From positions 496,001 to 560,000 of the forward strand of contig JANHCV010000012.1 of the NCBI GenBank assembly GCA_025594325.1: a stretch of DNA of 64,000 nt, given 5' to 3'. Shown here in pieces: positions 35,340 to 46,787 of this stretch (its first letter is position 1; every line of letters begins with the position of its first letter). The translations under genes and the position numbers were made by a program. The notes under the pieces are model-generated. The model was not told the origin of the DNA, searched no databases, and was given only the letters and a program-made list of their open reading frames with translations. This DNA is from Blastocladiella emersonii ATCC 22665. Its lineage: Eukaryota; Fungi; Blastocladiomycota.

Positions 35340-36668
35340 CTACTCGGTCTTGGGCTTCTCGCCAGCCGACCTCCGCCGCGCAAACACGCGCGCCCACGCG
35401 CGCCGGAGCACCTGCGGCGGGAACCAGTGCGCGACCTTGAGCGCGGCCTCGAACACGACGAACCGCATCGCGAGCGTCAACACGGCGCACGCGGCGAACA
35501 TGGCGAGGCGGTAGAACCGGCCGAGGTGCTCGAGCGGTCCGGGGGGCGGCGCGAGGACGTAGTTGAGGTTAACCCCCGAGAAGACGCCGAGCGTCGCGAG
35601 CAGCGCCGAGTGGTACAGGGCGACCGCGAGGAACGCGAGCGCGGCGGTCGCGAGGCGCGCGCCGCGCAGCACGCGGTACTCGCGGACGCGCGCGAGGTAG
35701 ACGGGCACCGCCAAAATCAGGACGTGTTCGGCGACGAAATTCGCAACGTGCAGCGCGGTCGTGTGGGTGCGCAGGTCCGGCTGGGCGAGCGCGAGCACCG
35801 CGCCCCACTGCATCGGGAAGAAGACGTTGAACAGCAGGTCGCGCGCGCGCCACGAGCGTGGTGTCGCGAGGAGCACGGCCAGCAGGCCCGCCGACATGTG
35901 GCACGGCTGCAGCATGAACCACAGCGCGCCCGCGCCCTCGGCGTACTTTTGCTGGAGGGTGATGAGCCACGACGAGGACAGCAGAGCGAGCGGGACGCCC
36001 GCGCGCCAGATCCAGGGCAGGGTCGGCGGCCGCGTGTCGTCCCCAGACCGGCGGCTCGGAGGGCGCGACGGGTCGATGCTGCGCAGCGCGCCGTCGAGCT
36101 GCGACCGCGCCTCGGCGTCGATGCGCTGGCGCAGGTGGTGCGCGGCGTCGCGCGCCTCTTCGACACGGGCGGTCACGACCTCGCGCGCTTCCTCGACGCG
36201 CGCAGTGACGACCTCGCGGGCCTCCTCGACACGCGCGGTGACGACCTCGCGGGCCTCCTCGACACGCGCGGTGACCGCGTCACGGGCGTGCTCCATGCCG
36301 GCGCTGACGGCGTCCTTGGCGTGGTCGATCTGCGACGCGAGGTGCGACTGGAGGTGGTGCATCTGGCGCTGCGCCGAGGCGAGGAGCTGCTCGCCCGAGA
36401 TGGAGTTACTCCGCGACCGCGCGGCGCGGACGGCGTGGACGCGGCGCTTCGCGACGGCGTAGATGAAGGGCAGCGAGGTCAGGAAGACGGCGTTGAGGCC
36501 CAGAAACTCGTAGACGTGCTGGCGCGGCGACAGGAACCAGAAGCCGTAGTTGGCGCCGTCGTCGGGCGACGTCGAGAAGAGGAGCGGGGAGAAGCGCTGC
36601 AGCAGGCCCGCGGCGTGGGCGACCACGACCTCGTCGACGAAGCGCAGGGCGGTCAGGAGGCCGGCCAT
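35340..36668 (-). CDS. TMEM164: TMEM164-family membrane protein with 11-mer repeat insert
   Basis: WFLSPRQH, MLQPCHM, WGAVLALAQPD, AEHVL, VNLNYVLAPP. Confidence 0.8.
   Translation of the reverse strand: MAGLLTALRFVDEVVVAHAAGLLQRFSPLLFSTSPDDGANYGFWFLSPRQHVYEFLGLNAVFLTSLPFIYAVAKRRVHAVRAARSRSNSISGEQLLASAQRQMHHLQSHLASQIDHAKDAVSAGMEHARDAVTARVEEAREVVTARVEEAREVVTARVEEAREVVTARVEEARDAAHHLRQRIDAEARSQLDGALRSIDPSRPPSRRSGDDTRPPTLPWIWRAGVPLALLSSSWLITLQQKYAEGAGALWFMLQPCHMSAGLLAVLLATPRSWRARDLLFNVFFPMQWGAVLALAQPDLRTHTTALHVANFVAEHVLILAVPVYLARVREYRVLRGARLATAALAFLAVALYHSALLATLGVFSGVNLNYVLAPPPGPLEHLGRFYRLAMFAACAVLTLAMRFVVFEAALKVAHWFPPQVLRRAWARVFARRRSAGEKPKTE
36150..36290 (-). repeat. 33-bp coding tandem repeat (EEAREVVTARV, about 4 units)
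   Basis: Visible in DNA and protein. Confidence 0.9.
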
Positions 36669-38430
36669 GGTGGTGGTGGGTTGGTGGTTACGTTGCAAGA
36701 AGTCGGTGGTGCAGATTCATTCGCGCTCGCCGGGTCGGCGTGTCATGGTGGAGAGAGAGACCGCGCGCGTGCTGCGAGACATCCATGGTGCATCGGTCAG
36801 CAAGTCTACTGTGGAGTGGAGTGGGGGCGTGAAAGCAGTCCGGCCGGGAAACGTGGGCGGCGGAGCGCGTGCGGTTGGGGCCGTGGGGCAGGGAGGGGCG
36901 AGGTGCCACTCACGCGATCCGGGCCGGCGGGTCGGGGCTTGCGCTTCTCTTCTCCTCGTCGATCGCGCTGCTCGCCGCGGTCGCCGGAGACGATTTGCGT
37001 GTTCGGCTCGCCTGCTCAAGGTTGATGAGGTCCGGCGCAGGTTATCGTCGAGCAGGTGAGCCGGCAGAGATGGCAGGTCGGCGGCCGGGAGACGTTCCGC
37101 TCGACCTCGCGGACAAACTGACCGAGAGCACGTTCGCAGACGCAACGCGTGAGAGGTGCGAGACACACGCGCGACGCGTGCGGTGAAGACGAGTGCGAGA
37201 CACTCGGTCACGCGGCCTGCCCGCCACCCGCATCACACCCCAAAACCAGCGCTCGCGCGCGCCACGTGGCGGATGACAGCGCGTTTCCGGCGTGCGGCTT
37301 GGCGGCGGGCAGAACGGACCAATCGGGAGGGGAGGTTCCCGGGCGCCCCCCAGCCCCGCGGCTCCCGCTCGCCCGCCCGCCTGCCTGGCCCGTCCGCTGC
37401 CCGCCCGTCCGCATCGAAGCCGCCGCCGCCGCCGAACGAGCGAGCGAAGCCCGCACGCACACACGCCACGGACGCTACGGAAACGACCATCGCGACGACG
37501 CGCCTTATTTATTGTGCTGGTCCGTTGCCCCCTCGTGTGTGTGTCTGGGCAGCTGTGCGCGCGGTGGGGGTGGAGACGGCGATGGCCGTGCGCGCGAGGC
37601 GTGGGAACTCTGTCCGGCCGGCCACCCCCGGAAACCACGCGAAACCTGGTTTTCACCTCCACCCACCTGCCACTGCTGCCTTAGCTTCTTAAATTCGATT
37701 TCCTTGCTCACCGCTGAAAACCCACCTCGCTTAGTTTCTTAAATCCAACGAAATTCACCGGTACGCGACCGTCCGCTGCACGGAAAAAATTCAAGCCCGC
37801 AAGCGCTAACGTTAACTCCACTCCCCTCCGCTGCCCTCGTGTGCCTCACGTCCTCGCCTCGTGCCCGCGGCCTTCGAATCCGTGCCCGCCACCAAAACCC
37901 ACCATGATCCTCGCCGTCCTCGTCCTCGCCCCCGCCTCGTTTTTCCGCGCGACCGCGACCTTCCCGCCGTAGCGATCGACGCCGCCCGACCCCCGACCTC
38001 CGACCGTCGCTGCCGACCTGCCCGCCACCACCACCTTCGACCCCCGCCACCGTCACCTCCACCGCCCCACCTCCACCTTTTTTTCCTCGCTGGTCTCGCC
38101 GCCATCTACGCCCTCCTCGCTCGGTACGTCCCGCGCCGTCCTCGACCCTCGAGATCGGACACCGCCGACGGACTGCTGACGTCGCCCCCCCTCGCCCGCC
38201 GTCGTCCAGGATCGCCCCCACATTTTTTTTGTGCTCGTGTGTGTGTGTGCGACGTCGTCCCGACTCGCGCTGATCTCGCCCGCTGCCCACGTCCCACTTG
38301 CTTGTTGACGGTGCTGACCGATCGCCGCGGAACCAACCGTGCGAACCGCCGCGTGACCCGAAACCCACCCGCCACTCTGTCTCGCGCCCAGACTGTCTCG
38401 CAGCAGTCACGCGATATCCCGACGCGTAAC

Positions 38431-41400
38431 ATGACGCGCGACACGACCAAGTTCCGGTCGCGCAAGCTCGACGCGCGGCGGCCGCTGCCCGTCTTCCGCG
38501 CGTCGCAGCTCAAGGACATTGACGAGGCCGCCACCGTCGCCCGCACCATCTCCGAGGTCGCCACGGGCGTCGACAAGGAGGAGGAGAAGGAGCTGCACCT
38601 CCAGGCCTACATCAACGCCTACGCGTCGTCCGCGTCCACCTCCGTCTACATCCCGACCCCCGACGCCACGCAGACGATTGCCGACGACGAGTTTGTCAAG
38701 CTGTACCCAAGGCGCACCGCGCCCGTCCGCGTCAACGGCGCTGCCTCCGCGGCGACGCCAACAACTACGGCTGCGCCACCACCACAAGGTAGCGGGTCCC
38801 CCGGGATCGGGCTCAAGTACCCGCCGCTCCTCCCGCGCACCCTGATCCGCTTCTCGACCGCCGTCGAGGAGACGCCCGCCGGCACCGCCTACAACCTCGA
38901 CGAGGACGACGACGCCTGGCTCGCCACGTTCCGCGCCAACTACGAGACCGAGTTCCCCGCCCTCGTCGCCGCCCTCCCGCCACCACCACCGGTACCCGCG
39001 CCCGCGGGCGAGCAGCCGCGCAGCCCGCCACGAAAGAAGGCGCGCCGCGGCACGGGTGCCGCCGAAACAGCAGCCGATGACGCCGCCGCCGCGTCGCCAA
39101 CACCCGCTCCGCCAACACCGCCACCGCACGTGCCCCTGTCCGACGACGCCTTCGAGCTGTGCATGTTCGTCCTCGAGGCCCTCATGAACGAGCGCGTCGG
39201 CTGGATGCTCGCCAACCCCGTCTTCGACTCGGACATTGACGGCGTCGATTACGTGACCGTCGACGAGGCCATTGACGCCCTCGCCACCCGCGCCGACCTG
39301 CTCGCCCCCGTCCTCGAGACCGCCACCGCCGCCGCGGGGTCCACGTCCACGCCGCTCCCCGGCACGCCCCACGCGTCGCTCCTCGACCCCGTCGCCGCCC
39401 TGCTCCTCGACCCCGTGACCCCGCGCCCGGGCGCTCTATTGCAGCCGCTCGAGTCTCGCGCCGCTTCTGCCCTTCGAACCCCCGCCGCCCCGCCGCGCTC
39501 GCCCGCCGACCCGCCGTCGAGCCAGCTCGACTGGTGGCTCCCGCGCGTGTACCCGTGGTGGAAGGAGCGGCGCGCGAAGCGGCGCAAGCGGCCGCTCGTC
39601 TCGCTCGTGCGCATCGAGGAGCCCGCGCCGCGCAACGAGGGCGACCCGTACGTGTGCTTCCGCCGCCGCGAGGTCAAGGCCGTCCGCAAGACGCGCCGCA
39701 CCGACGCCCAGACGCTCGTGCAGCTGAAGAAGCTCCGCGGCGAGCTCGCCCAGGCGAGGACGCTCGTCACGCTCGTCCACCAGCGCGAGGCCGGGCGGCT
39801 CGAGCATGTGCGTGCGGAACGCGCGGCGTTCAACGCGCGCGTCAAGCTGCGCACGCTCAAGCGCAAGTTTGGGGTGGCGGAGGCGGCTGAGTGCGAGCAC
39901 CCCGAGTACGTGATCCCTGCGACCCCGCCGCGCGTCACGCACCACCCGCCTGTGGCCATGGGCCCGCCCGCCGACCGGTACGACCGCGCGTACCACCACG
40001 CCCAGCAGCAACCGGTTGCTGCGCCCGCGCCGCCGCAGCCCTCGCGGTCCCGGTCGGGCGGCGCGAGCCGGAGCGCCGCCGCGACCGCCGCCGCCGCGGC
40101 AGCAGCAGCAGCAGCGGCCGCCGCCGCCGCGATCCCCGCCGCCTCCCTCGCGCACGCGCACCGCGCACCCATGCGTGCGATCCCGGCGCCCGACGACCTG
40201 CCGTCCATGACCGAGGTCATGAACCGGCGCATCGACGACGAGTTCCGCCGCCGCAAGGCCAGCGACGACCGGTATGACGACGTGTCGCTGTGCCCGCGCC
40301 ACGTTTTCTTCCCGACGCCGCCCGCCACGCCGCTCGTCCCGCGCGCCGCGTTCGGGTTCGGCGGAGGGGTCGGCGGGGGTGGGTATCCGCCCGCGTGGCG
40401 CAACTACTGCGCGAGACCGCCGCCGACGGGTTCGGGTGGTGGGTACCAGAACATGTACGCCGCGGCCGCCGCCGCCGCGGCCGCCGCCGCAGCGCACGCG
40501 CACGCGCACGCGCAGGTGCACGCCGGGTGGTCTGCCGCCGTCCGCGCGCCCGGCGCCGTCCTCGCCGGGCTGCCGCCGCACGTCCAGCACGCGCTCCTGT
40601 ACCCGTCGGCGACGCGCGCCGCGGCGGCGGCCGCGGTTGTGGGAGCGGAGCCAGCGCACGCCGGCGACCGGTCCGCCTCCATGCACACGCCGCACCGGCA
40701 CCTGCACCGGCCCGCGTTCGCGGGGTTCAAGCACCCGAATATCCCCGACCCGACGGCGACTGTGGCGGTGGCGGTGAAGGAAGACGAGCCCATGGCCGTC
40801 GACCCGCCCGCCGTACCAGCACCCGCTGCCGCGCCGCTCGTGCACCCCGCCATGATGCTCGCGGCCGCCGACGCCGAGTCGCGGTCCCAACACGCACCGC
40901 CATCCTCGAGTGTCAGCACCCTGGACGCGGCGGCCGCGGCGCAGCACACGGTCCCGCCGTCCCCCTCGTCGTCGCCCGTCGTCAGCGCCACGGCCACGGC
41001 CGCCGCGGTCGCGGTCCCGCCACCACCACCACCGGTGGCGTCGGACTCGGTCGTCAAGTCGCCCGTGCACCTCGCGCCACCTGCCGCCGCCGCCGCCGCC
41101 GCTGCGCTTGTGCCTGCGGCCCCGCTGTCCCCGACATCCGTCATCAGCGACCGCGAGTCGCTCCCCGCCCCTCCACCCGCTTCCGCGCCACCTGCTGCGG
41201 TCAAGGAAGAGGACGGCGACGGTGACGCGGTCTTGGTGCGCACGCCGCCGACCCCGCCCGCCGAATGGCCGACCCACGCCAGTGCCGCGACCTCCTCACC
41301 ACCCGCGTCGGCCCGCATCGTCTCGCCCGCGACCATCTTCGCGGCGCTCTTCGACCCGGCGGTCGCGGCCGAACGCAAGCTCGCGCAGCTCGGCGTCTAC

Positions 41401-41523
41401 GTCCCGCCGGCGTCGGCTTCGGCGTCGGCGGCGGCGGGCGACCGCGTGTGGGCGTACCGCAAGCGGACGGGCCGCGGCGGGCGGGTGTTTGTCGAGCGCC
41501 GACTCGTGGCGAGAGGTGAGTAG
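38431..41523 (+). CDS. EPL1: Enhancer of polycomb-like NuA4 subunit
   Basis: KLDARRPLPVF, TGVDKEEEKELHLQ, YNLDEDD..WL, DPYVCFRRREVKAVRKTRR, C-terminal RKRTGRGGRVFVERR. Confidence 0.88.
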   Translation: MTRDTTKFRSRKLDARRPLPVFRASQLKDIDEAATVARTISEVATGVDKEEEKELHLQAYINAYASSASTSVYIPTPDATQTIADDEFVKLYPRRTAPVRVNGAASAATPTTTAAPPPQGSGSPGIGLKYPPLLPRTLIRFSTAVEETPAGTAYNLDEDDDAWLATFRANYETEFPALVAALPPPPPVPAPAGEQPRSPPRKKARRGTGAAETAADDAAAASPTPAPPTPPPHVPLSDDAFELCMFVLEALMNERVGWMLANPVFDSDIDGVDYVTVDEAIDALATRADLLAPVLETATAAAGSTSTPLPGTPHASLLDPVAALLLDPVTPRPGALLQPLESRAASALRTPAAPPRSPADPPSSQLDWWLPRVYPWWKERRAKRRKRPLVSLVRIEEPAPRNEGDPYVCFRRREVKAVRKTRRTDAQTLVQLKKLRGELAQARTLVTLVHQREAGRLEHVRAERAAFNARVKLRTLKRKFGVAEAAECEHPEYVIPATPPRVTHHPPVAMGPPADRYDRAYHHAQQQPVAAPAPPQPSRSRSGGASRSAAATAAAAAAAAAAAAAAAIPAASLAHAHRAPMRAIPAPDDLPSMTEVMNRRIDDEFRRRKASDDRYDDVSLCPRHVFFPTPPATPLVPRAAFGFGGGVGGGGYPPAWRNYCARPPPTGSGGGYQNMYAAAAAAAAAAAAHAHAHAQVHAGWSAAVRAPGAVLAGLPPHVQHALLYPSATRAAAAAAVVGAEPAHAGDRSASMHTPHRHLHRPAFAGFKHPNIPDPTATVAVAVKEDEPMAVDPPAVPAPAAAPLVHPAMMLAAADAESRSQHAPPSSSVSTLDAAAAAQHTVPPSPSSSPVVSATATAAAVAVPPPPPPVASDSVVKSPVHLAPPAAAAAAAALVPAAPLSPTSVISDRESLPAPPPASAPPAAVKEEDGDGDAVLVRTPPTPPAEWPTHASAATSSPPASARIVSPATIFAALFDPAVAAERKLAQLGVYVPPASASASAAAGDRVWAYRKRTGRGGRVFVERRLVARGE

Positions 41524-41601
41524 GTAGGGTGTGAATATAGGACAGGCAGTGATATTTATTTCATTACATAGGGGAGAGAGAGGGAAAAGGGGAGGAGAGG
41601 A

Positions 41602-42978
41602 TCACCGGCGCGTGGGCTTGGGCTTCTTGCCCTTGGCCGCGGCGCGCGACGACGACTTGGCGGGAGCGGGCGCCTGCTTCTTGGCCGGTGGTGGCCGCGC
41701 GTCCTCATCCTCGTCGTCATCGTCCGAGTCGGAATCCACGGTCGCGGGCGCGCGGCCGCCGTCGTGCTCGGCGTCCGAGTCCTCCTCGAGGTCCATTTCC
41801 TCGTCCCAGTCCTCATTCCGCGCGGACGCGGCCGCGGGGTTCCGGCCAGCGCCGCCGAACGCGTCGAGGTAATCGATCTCGTCGTCGCCCGCGGCCTCGT
41901 CGACCTCATCCTCCTCGGAATCCGAGTCGGAGAGCTCCGACTTGCCCTCAGCGCGGCGCGCGGCGCGTCGGGCCTCCTTGGCGGCCTTCTTCTTGGCGAC
42001 GTTCGCCTCCTGGTTGGCCTTGCGTCTGGCCTTGTCGGCCTCGCGGGCGGCGGTGCGGGCGCGCATGTCGGCGACCTCGTCGGCGGACTTGGTCACGTAC
42101 TTGTGGTACAGGACCTCGCCCGTGCACAGACCCTCCTGGATCTTGACGAGGTTCAGGTCGAGGCGCGGGCCGAGCTCCGTCAGCTTGATGGCGCGCTGCT
42201 CGGCGCGGCGGTTGTTGCGGCCGGCGTATTTCTGGGGCAGCTCGACGGTCGAGGCGCCGCCGTCTTCGACGTCGCTGTCGGCGGCGTTCGTCTGCTGGCG
42301 AATGTACTCGGAGATGTCAGCAAACTGCGACAGGTTGGGGAGGCCCTTGAGGTCAATGATCTTCTTGACGCCCTTGGTGACGCCCGTCGCCTTGACGTCA
42401 ATCGCGTAGTGGCGGAAGTCGATGGTGTCGGACTCGGCGTTGTACGAGAACAGCACGACGCGGCGCGTCTGGTTGATCTTGAGCTTGGCGACGTTGATCG
42501 CCGGGAACATGTTGTGCAGGACCGTCGACAGCAGCTTGAACTCGGCGCGGTCGGCCGGGAAGTTGTTGAGCACCAGCAGCGGCGCGCTCATGTACATGGC
42601 GCCGCTCATCGTCTTCGGGTGCTTGAGCATCGCCGCAATGTCGTGCGCCAGAGAGTACGAGTTGACGCGGAACCCGACGGTGGGACCGCGCGGCAGTTTC
42701 CCGATCCGCAGGTTCAGACCCGCGTCCGTCCGCGCGAAGACCAGCAGGTGCGACACGGCCAGCGGGCCGGACAGGGCGACGTAGTCGCGCAGCTTGTTCA
42801 CCTTGCGCTCGCGCAGCTTGGTCGCCGTGTTGGGCGACATGACGCGGCGCAGGTCCTGGATCAGGTGCCCGACGGGTCGCCCGACGTCGCCCGACTTGAC
42901 CACGAAGGACCGCGGAGGGAACTCGGTCGGGTCCTCGGGCGCCTGCACGTGCGTGCGGTTCTTGCGTTTGCGCGCCAT
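41602..42978 (-). CDS. SSF1: Brix-domain ribosome biogenesis protein Ssf1/PPAN
   Basis: MARKRKNRTHV, DLRRVMSPNTATKLRERK, LPRGPTVGFRV, DFRHYAI, LTELGPRLDL. Confidence 0.93.
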   Translation of the reverse strand: MARKRKNRTHVQAPEDPTEFPPRSFVVKSGDVGRPVGHLIQDLRRVMSPNTATKLRERKVNKLRDYVALSGPLAVSHLLVFARTDAGLNLRIGKLPRGPTVGFRVNSYSLAHDIAAMLKHPKTMSGAMYMSAPLLVLNNFPADRAEFKLLSTVLHNMFPAINVAKLKINQTRRVVLFSYNAESDTIDFRHYAIDVKATGVTKGVKKIIDLKGLPNLSQFADISEYIRQQTNAADSDVEDGGASTVELPQKYAGRNNRRAEQRAIKLTELGPRLDLNLVKIQEGLCTGEVLYHKYVTKSADEVADMRARTAAREADKARRKANQEANVAKKKAAKEARRAARRAEGKSELSDSDSEEDEVDEAAGDDEIDYLDAFGGAGRNPAAASARNEDWDEEMDLEEDSDAEHDGGRAPATVDSDSDDDDEDEDARPPPAKKQAPAPAKSSSRAAAKGKKPKPTRR

Positions 42979-43230
42979 GTTGTCGGTACGTTGCAGTGGT
43001 GGTGGCGGAGAGGGTCGCTGAGATCGTGTCGACCAACCGGTTGACGGCGCGTGGAGTGTGATTGACGTCACGCGGGCGCGGCTGACCCGTCGCCACGCGG
43101 TTCCGCAAAAGAAAATGGCTGAAGCGTCAACACGCTTCCATCGATCCCCTGCACCTCACCCACGCTAAAATGTAACACACCATGCCCCCGCGCGACTCGA
43201 TGCAACCGACACTGACGCCGCGCGTCTAGC

Positions 43231-43521
43231 ATGTCGTCGTTCCTCCTGACCTCGGCGTTCCGCGCGGCCGCCGCCGCGACGACCGCGCGCCTCGCGCGGT
43301 CTGCCATCACCACCGCTGCGGTTTCCGCGACGCGTGGCCCCTCGGCGATCGCGCTGGCGTCGGCCTCGAAGCAGGGCCTGATCAAGGTCGAGGGTGTCCG
43401 CGAGTACCAGGTGCGCGCGTCCATCAAGCCGCGGTGCGAGCACTGCTACGGCGTGGTGCGCAAGGGCCGCCGGTACATTCTGTGCAAGAAGGACCCCAAG
43501 CACAAGCAGCGCCAGGGCTAA
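43231..43521 (+). CDS. MRPL36: Mitochondrial ribosomal protein bL36m
   Basis: Targeting peptide plus [37 protein letters not shown]. Confidence 0.92.
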   Translation: MSSFLLTSAFRAAAAATTARLARSAITTAAVSATRGPSAIALASASKQGLIKVEGVREYQVRASIKPRCEHCYGVVRKGRRYILCKKDPKHKQRQG

Positions 43522-43653
43522 GAGGTACGATTGGTGGTGCGGGGTCGATTGACGGGAACTGACTCTCGACCGATGATCGCGTGTGTAGGATAGTTACAAG
43601 TCTCCCTCCGTCCATCTGTTATTTCCTGATCTTACAACAACACGTCTTCTCGT

Positions 43654-44922
43654 TTACTCCTTGGTGTACTGCTCCGTCGGCCGCCACCCCGTGCGCGCGA
43701 CGAGGTCAATGACATGCTCGCGCTCGAGCCCCATGGCGCGGCACGACATGGCGAAATAGCTGTTGGGCCCGAACGCGGCCGTGTTGTTGACCTCGAGCAC
43801 CATCACGTTCCCCCGCGTGTCGCACCGCACGTCGACGCGGCCCCACGCGCACCCTCCCACCGCCTCGTACGCCTTGGCCGCCACGCTGCGGCACGTGGCC
43901 ACGAGGGCGGGCTCTTCCGCCAAAGACACGATGCGCTCGGCGGGCGTGCCGTCGGGCGGCGAGAACCGCTGGCCCGGGGCAAACAGCCGCTCGACCGGGT
44001 GGAACGCGCGGACCCCGCCCGGCGTCGTGCACACGGCGATCGTGAACTCGCGGCCCGACAGGTACCGCTGCACGACCACGGGGCCGAACGTGGCGAGCAG
44101 CGCGGCCGTGGACGTGACGGCGGCGTCGTAGCTCGACACGATGCACGACTCGGTCAGGCCCTCCGAGTTGCACCCGGCGTCCACCTTGAGGAACAGCTCG
44201 GCGCCGGGCGTCGCGAGGATCGAGGTGATGAAGGCGCGGGTCGCGGCCGAGTGCAGCTGCTCGGGCGACGTGATGCACAGCGACTCGGCGTGCGGGACTT
44301 GCGCGGAGGTGAACAGGGCGTGCATCGTCGACTTGTGCGCCGTCGCCTCGCAGTACTCGGGCGTGTGCCCGACGACGCGCGGGAACTGGCCCTCGGCGAG
44401 GAACGCGCTACACGTCACGACAAGTCAGTTTTCATCCAGCCGTCTGAGACCGACCAGAAAGCGTACCGCAGCGCCTCGAACCGCTGCCCCGGCTTGACCG
44501 AGCTCGGCACGTCGGCGTGGAGCAGCACGACGCCGTCCTTGGGCACGCGGCGCGCGAGCTCGCGCGCGTGCGCTGCGTCGCGCAGCACCCACGTCGAGAT
44601 GCCCGCGTCGCCCGCGTGGCCCGCCACCTTGACCAGCGGCACCAGCAGGTCCGCGTGCAGCGCCGGGTCCGCGTACCCGACGTCGTAGATGACGTGCACG
44701 TGCTGCCCCGCGAGCGGCGACGGGCCGTCGAGCGGGAGGGTCGCGGTGGGTGAGGTGGCCGAGGTGGGTTTCGGGGTGAGCGGCTTGTGCAGGTGCGCGG
44801 GCAGCGCGGGGCCCTGGACGACCGGCATCTTGAGGGAGGGCGAGGCCGGGGGAGAGTAGCGGATCACGGCCTGCGACGGCGAGGTGGGCGCGCAGGGAGC
44901 GCGGGTGTTGGGCAGGGGCATG
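43654..44922 (-). CDS. ATP-grasp ligase related to D-Ala-D-Ala ligase C-terminal domain
   Basis: LFLKVDAGCNSEGL, VQRYLSGREFTIAV, GRVDVR, LEVNN; intron 44408..44466; Ddl GGxSxEH motif absent. Confidence 0.75.
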
Positions 44923-45241
44923 ATGGGTGGGGGTGTAGGGGTGGTGGATCTAAGAGGGTATGAGTCTCGGGTGGAGCGAAGAAGGGAAGGCGGGCGAGGC
45001 CACGGCTTTATACTCGCGCCGTGATCTCGTTTCTTTGACCTCGTTCGTTGCAGCAAGTCGCAGAGCCAGCCAGCCGAGTGCATTGAATTAATTCCGGAGT
45101 GGAGACACGCGCGGGAGACAACACGCGCGCGCGGGAGCGCACAAGGGCGCGTGGCGCGACGCGTCGTCCGTCGGCGTGGCTCAGATTCGACCAAGTGTGA
45201 CGCACCCGTGTCTCCCCCAGCGTCAACCTCCGTCATAATCA

Positions 45242-46787
45242 TCACGAATTCTGCTTTATCGGTGCATTCAACGACCGCTTGAGCCACGTGTAGAACGAGT
45301 GCACATGCATCTCGTCCCACCGCGCGCTGATCCACACCGCCACGTCCCGCTGCCGCCCTCCTTCCGCGGGCGCCGCGGGCGGAGTCCACCACAACCGCAC
45401 CCGCGCACCCGTCGGCGCGCTCTCGGCGTCGTCGTTGACGGAGACCGGCGTCCCGTTGCCGCGCCGGTACCGCCGCGTCCACGTCGGCGCCACTAGGAAC
45501 GCGTCGACCGTCGTGAGCGGCGCGGCCGCGCGCGCGTGCGGATCCGAGGTGCACGGCACGACCGTGTATCGGACGCCCGCGCGACGCAGTAGCTCCGCGA
45601 CGTCGACCGCGGCGTCGGAATACAGGAGCTTCGCCCGCGGCGGAGAAGCGAGGGACGGGTCGAACGACCACGCGACGACCCACCGCGCGGTCGTGCCCTG
45701 CCGCAGCGTGCGCACCTGGAACGTGGTCGTCTACACTCGGTCGATCGTTAGCTCGCTTGAAAACCGGTGAATGCGTGAGAGCGTACCTCGATCTCGGCCG
45801 CGACCACGCGCAGCGCCTCGACCGTCGACTTGACGCCGACCAGCGACGTGTACAGCGTCTTCACCCTTCCATCCCCACCACTCGCGTGCTCCTTGGACTC
45901 GCGCATCATCCGCCTAACAAACTGCACCTCGCCGCCCTCCGTCACCATCTGCGCGTCCGTCCCCGGCGTCGCCGCGTGCCCCGTCGCTTTCGCCGCGGCG
46001 CGCGCCGCGCGGTCCGCCGCTGACGCGTAGTACGGCGGGTTGCACATGGTCACCGTGAACGGGACGTCGGCGGGGAAGAACGGGCCCGTCGCTTCGCGCG
46101 CGGGGAGGAGCGCGATTCGGTCGCCCAGCCCGTTGCGCTCGATATTGGCGGCGGCAAGGGCGAGCGCGGCGGCGTCGATGTCGGTGCCCGTGAACCGCCA
46201 CGAAGGGTCGAGCCGCGCGCCGAGGAGAGGGTAGATCGCTGTGTACCCGGTGCCGCTACGGTCGCGAATGGTGAGCTTTCCCCAAGGATGGGAGACGATG
46301 AAGCAAGCGTACATGTCGAGAACGTGCGTCGGCGAAGCTGGGTCGTGCCCCGCCCACCGCACCAGGTCCTGCACCTCGAGAAGGTAGTTGAGCCGGCTCG
46401 ACACCTACTGCCGTGAGCGACCGTCAGCGCTCGTTCGTGCAAACCACTACCGAAACCGACACACACCGTCGGACACAGCGTCCCATCAGGCACACTGACC
46501 TCGAGCCCCCAGTCGCACCGCAGCAGCGCCTGCGTCACCGCGACCGTCGCCTCGGCCTTCCCAAAATCAACCGTCACCCTTCCCCTCTCCCCGCCATCCT
46601 TCCCCGGGATCGGGATCAGGTACGGCGCCAGTCGCGGATCCTCCTCCGCGAGCGCCGCGAAGTCCGGCGCCGCGTGCGTGTACGGGTTCCGCGGGTGGCC
46701 GTCCGGGTACACCGGCAGGGGCTCGGGAGGGCCGGCCGACTCGGCAAGGTCTTTGCGCTGGGTGTAGGTGCGTTTCATGGGTTGCAT
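45242..46787 (-). CDS. METTL16: METTL16/RlmF-family m6A RNA methyltransferase
   Basis: HPRNPY..PDF, LCPT|VSSRLNY, LDI|GTGYTAIYPLL, CNPPYY, QGTTARWVVAWSF. Introns 46405..46466, 46256..46312, 45731..45786. Confidence 0.88.

Noticed and set aside
37861-38430. 190-codon N-terminal extension of EPL1
   Set aside because: Starts at a non-ATG codon in GC-rich sequence; Epl1 homology begins at ATG 38431.
41516-41571. Intron extending EPL1 past its stop (GTGAGT..CATAG)
   Set aside because: It would run antisense through SSF1 coding sequence with a non-protein-like translation.
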